A stretch of DNA of 54,922 nt from IMG/VR virus record IMGVR_UViG_3300028844_003773, positions 1 through 54,922 of that record. The stretch is one strand, 5' to 3'. The notes under the pieces were generated by a model. The model had not been told where the DNA came from, did not search any database, and saw nothing but the letters and a program-made list of their open reading frames with translations. Below are positions 53,522 through 54,922 of the stretch, in pieces. This DNA comes from a virus (Duplodnaviria; Caudoviricetes). Position 1 is the stretch's first letter. The number at the start of each line of letters is the position of its first letter. The translations under genes were made by a program, and so were the position numbers.

Positions 53522-54628
53522 TTAAAGCCCTGCCAGGCGCTTAAGATCGATTACGTTGTTATCAACGTCATCTTCCCTAACTTGTTCTTTCTTGGCAGAT
53601 TTATTACCTGTTTGTGCAGTTGACACAGATTCAGTTAAAGGTGCCTTTTCAGACCTCTTTTCACTTCCTTCGTTCAATACTGCTGGTAAATACTTATCAA
53701 ATGCGTTCTTCAGTTTTGGCGTCTGAACACTTTCTAATAAAGATCGCATTACTTGAGCCTTCTCTTTGTTCAAAGATGACACTAAATTGTCTAAAGTCTT
53801 TTCACGTTGAGTAGATTCTTTAATAATGTTAACTTCACGTTCTTTTGATTCAATAATCTTCGTTGCTTTCGCAAGTTGGACTTTTGATTCGGCTAGTTCT
53901 TGTTCTTTGTCATTTAATACAGATACAATCTTACGTGTTTCAGCCTTATCATTTAGATAAGTTGTGCTGAATTCACCTGCGAATGTTTCAAATATTTTAC
54001 GACCGAAGTTATTCTCCCTAGCAATTTGAATATCTTCTTTAAGTTGTGATAATTCACCTTTCAGATGAGATGCTACTGATGTACTCAATCTTGCGGCACT
54101 TTCAGAAATAAATTTCTCTTTCAATGCTTCTAATTGTGTACGGCCTTCAGCAACTAACTTGACTCGTTGTGCTACCACTGCTTGTCTATCCTGAGCAAAT
54201 TCTTTGATCTCTCTAGCCAATGCATGAGTGATAAACTTTTGAAGTTTATCTTGGTTTTCCAACTGAATCTTGCGGTCTGCACGTAATTCTTTAATTTCTT
54301 CTGCTAACTTAGTTACCATAAAGTTATTAAATTTATTTGCACTTTCCTTAAGTTTCATTTTCGCCTTTACGCGGTCTTCGTTAATTGCAGTCTTTTCCTC
54401 ATGAAATTCTTTGATTTCTTCAGTAAGAGACTCTGTAATCATCTTATCAAGGGCTTCAACCATCACACTTCTGTCATGCTCGTATCTTTGTGCGAACTCA
54501 TTTCTAAGTTCACCACGAACTTGATCTTTAGCCTCATTTAACTTAGTGCTCCAAGTGCTTTCTAGTTCACTTGCAACATCTTCATTAATAAGACCTGAAT
54601 CAATTAATGGTTTGATAGCATCTAACAT
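53522..54628 (-). CDS. gp22: Prohead core scaffolding protein, gp22-like
   Basis: Coiled-coil E/K-rich protein between the protease and the capsid gene. Confidence 0.8.
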   Translation of the reverse strand: MLDAIKPLIDSGLINEDVASELESTWSTKLNEAKDQVRGELRNEFAQRYEHDRSVMVEALDKMITESLTEEIKEFHEEKTAINEDRVKAKMKLKESANKFNNFMVTKLAEEIKELRADRKIQLENQDKLQKFITHALAREIKEFAQDRQAVVAQRVKLVAEGRTQLEALKEKFISESAARLSTSVASHLKGELSQLKEDIQIARENNFGRKIFETFAGEFSTTYLNDKAETRKIVSVLNDKEQELAESKVQLAKATKIIESKEREVNIIKESTQREKTLDNLVSSLNKEKAQVMRSLLESVQTPKLKNAFDKYLPAVLNEGSEKRSEKAPLTESVSTAQTGNKSAKKEQVREDDVDNNVIDLKRLAGL

Positions 54629-54646
54629 GCTGATTTCCCCTCTATT

Positions 54647-54922
54647 TTAGTCGATTTTTAAGTCTTTGATTAAACGAGTAACCTCGTCTTTCAAAAACCG
54701 TTCTACTTGTTTATTGCCTCTTGCTTCTCTTGCAACTTCTAAAACTTTATGTCCGTTGGTCATATTCATAAGACCTTCGTATATTGCTTTAGGGTATGCA
54801 TTAGGAGCACTTGGTTGGGCAACAATATCTACAGTGATTATTTCAAAATCACTGACTCGGCCATCTAAATCGTTAACGTTTCCGCTACCTCTACTAGATA
54901 CTCCGAGTTTTACCCCTGACTC
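54647..54922 (-). CDS. gp21: Prohead protease gp21-like, C-terminal part (truncated by window edge)
   Basis: ESGVKLGVSSRGSG...DIVAQPSAPNAYP. Not in the ORF track. Confidence 0.92.
   Translation of the reverse strand, partial: ESGVKLGVSSRGSGNVNDLDGRVSDFEIITVDIVAQPSAPNAYPKAIYEGLMNMTNGHKVLEVAREARGNKQVERFLKDEVTRLIKDLKID

Noticed and set aside
1-54922. Alternative genetic code or prophage integration
   Set aside because: Conserved genes are full length in code 11 and all three stops are used; no suppressor tRNA, integrase or host-phage junction is visible.

Overview
AT-rich fragment of a large T4-like myovirus genome. The host is probably a marine proteobacterium, most likely a gammaproteobacterium; this is inferred from the erpA, iscU, ahpC, fpr, TorF-porin and metK homologs. 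Left to right: end of erpA; two fibre genes followed by two alternative tip proteins that share a 34-bp direct repeat; a leftward early region with consensus sigma70 promoters, a cell-wall hydrolase, three tRNAs and two candidate structured RNAs; an accessory island of sugar- and protein-modifying enzymes (NTP-transferase, cupin, PMM-like HAD, GDPD-like, SGNH, 2OG-Fe(II) oxygenases, PP-loop ATPase, subtilase, split BTLCP cysteine peptidase, GNAT); an array of coupled mini membrane proteins next to a porin; three more tRNAs with a redox/Fe-S/SAM gene set (fpr, ahpC, DUF1289, iscU, metK); PAAR, glutaredoxin and nrdAB; five long mosaic fibre genes; and the gp21-gp22-gp23 head module. Most notable observations: (1) a swappable fibre-tip cassette pair; (2) a 75-nt CCA-ended cloverleaf RNA that is not a tRNA, packed between tRNAs; (3) recurrent TAAATA-N5-ATG leaderless genes; (4) a six-gene microprotein operon with repeated CsrA-like leaders; (5) a holin-like gene followed by a BTLCP split into a lipoprotein half and a catalytic half. 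All calls come from reading motifs by eye. No searches or folding programs were run.
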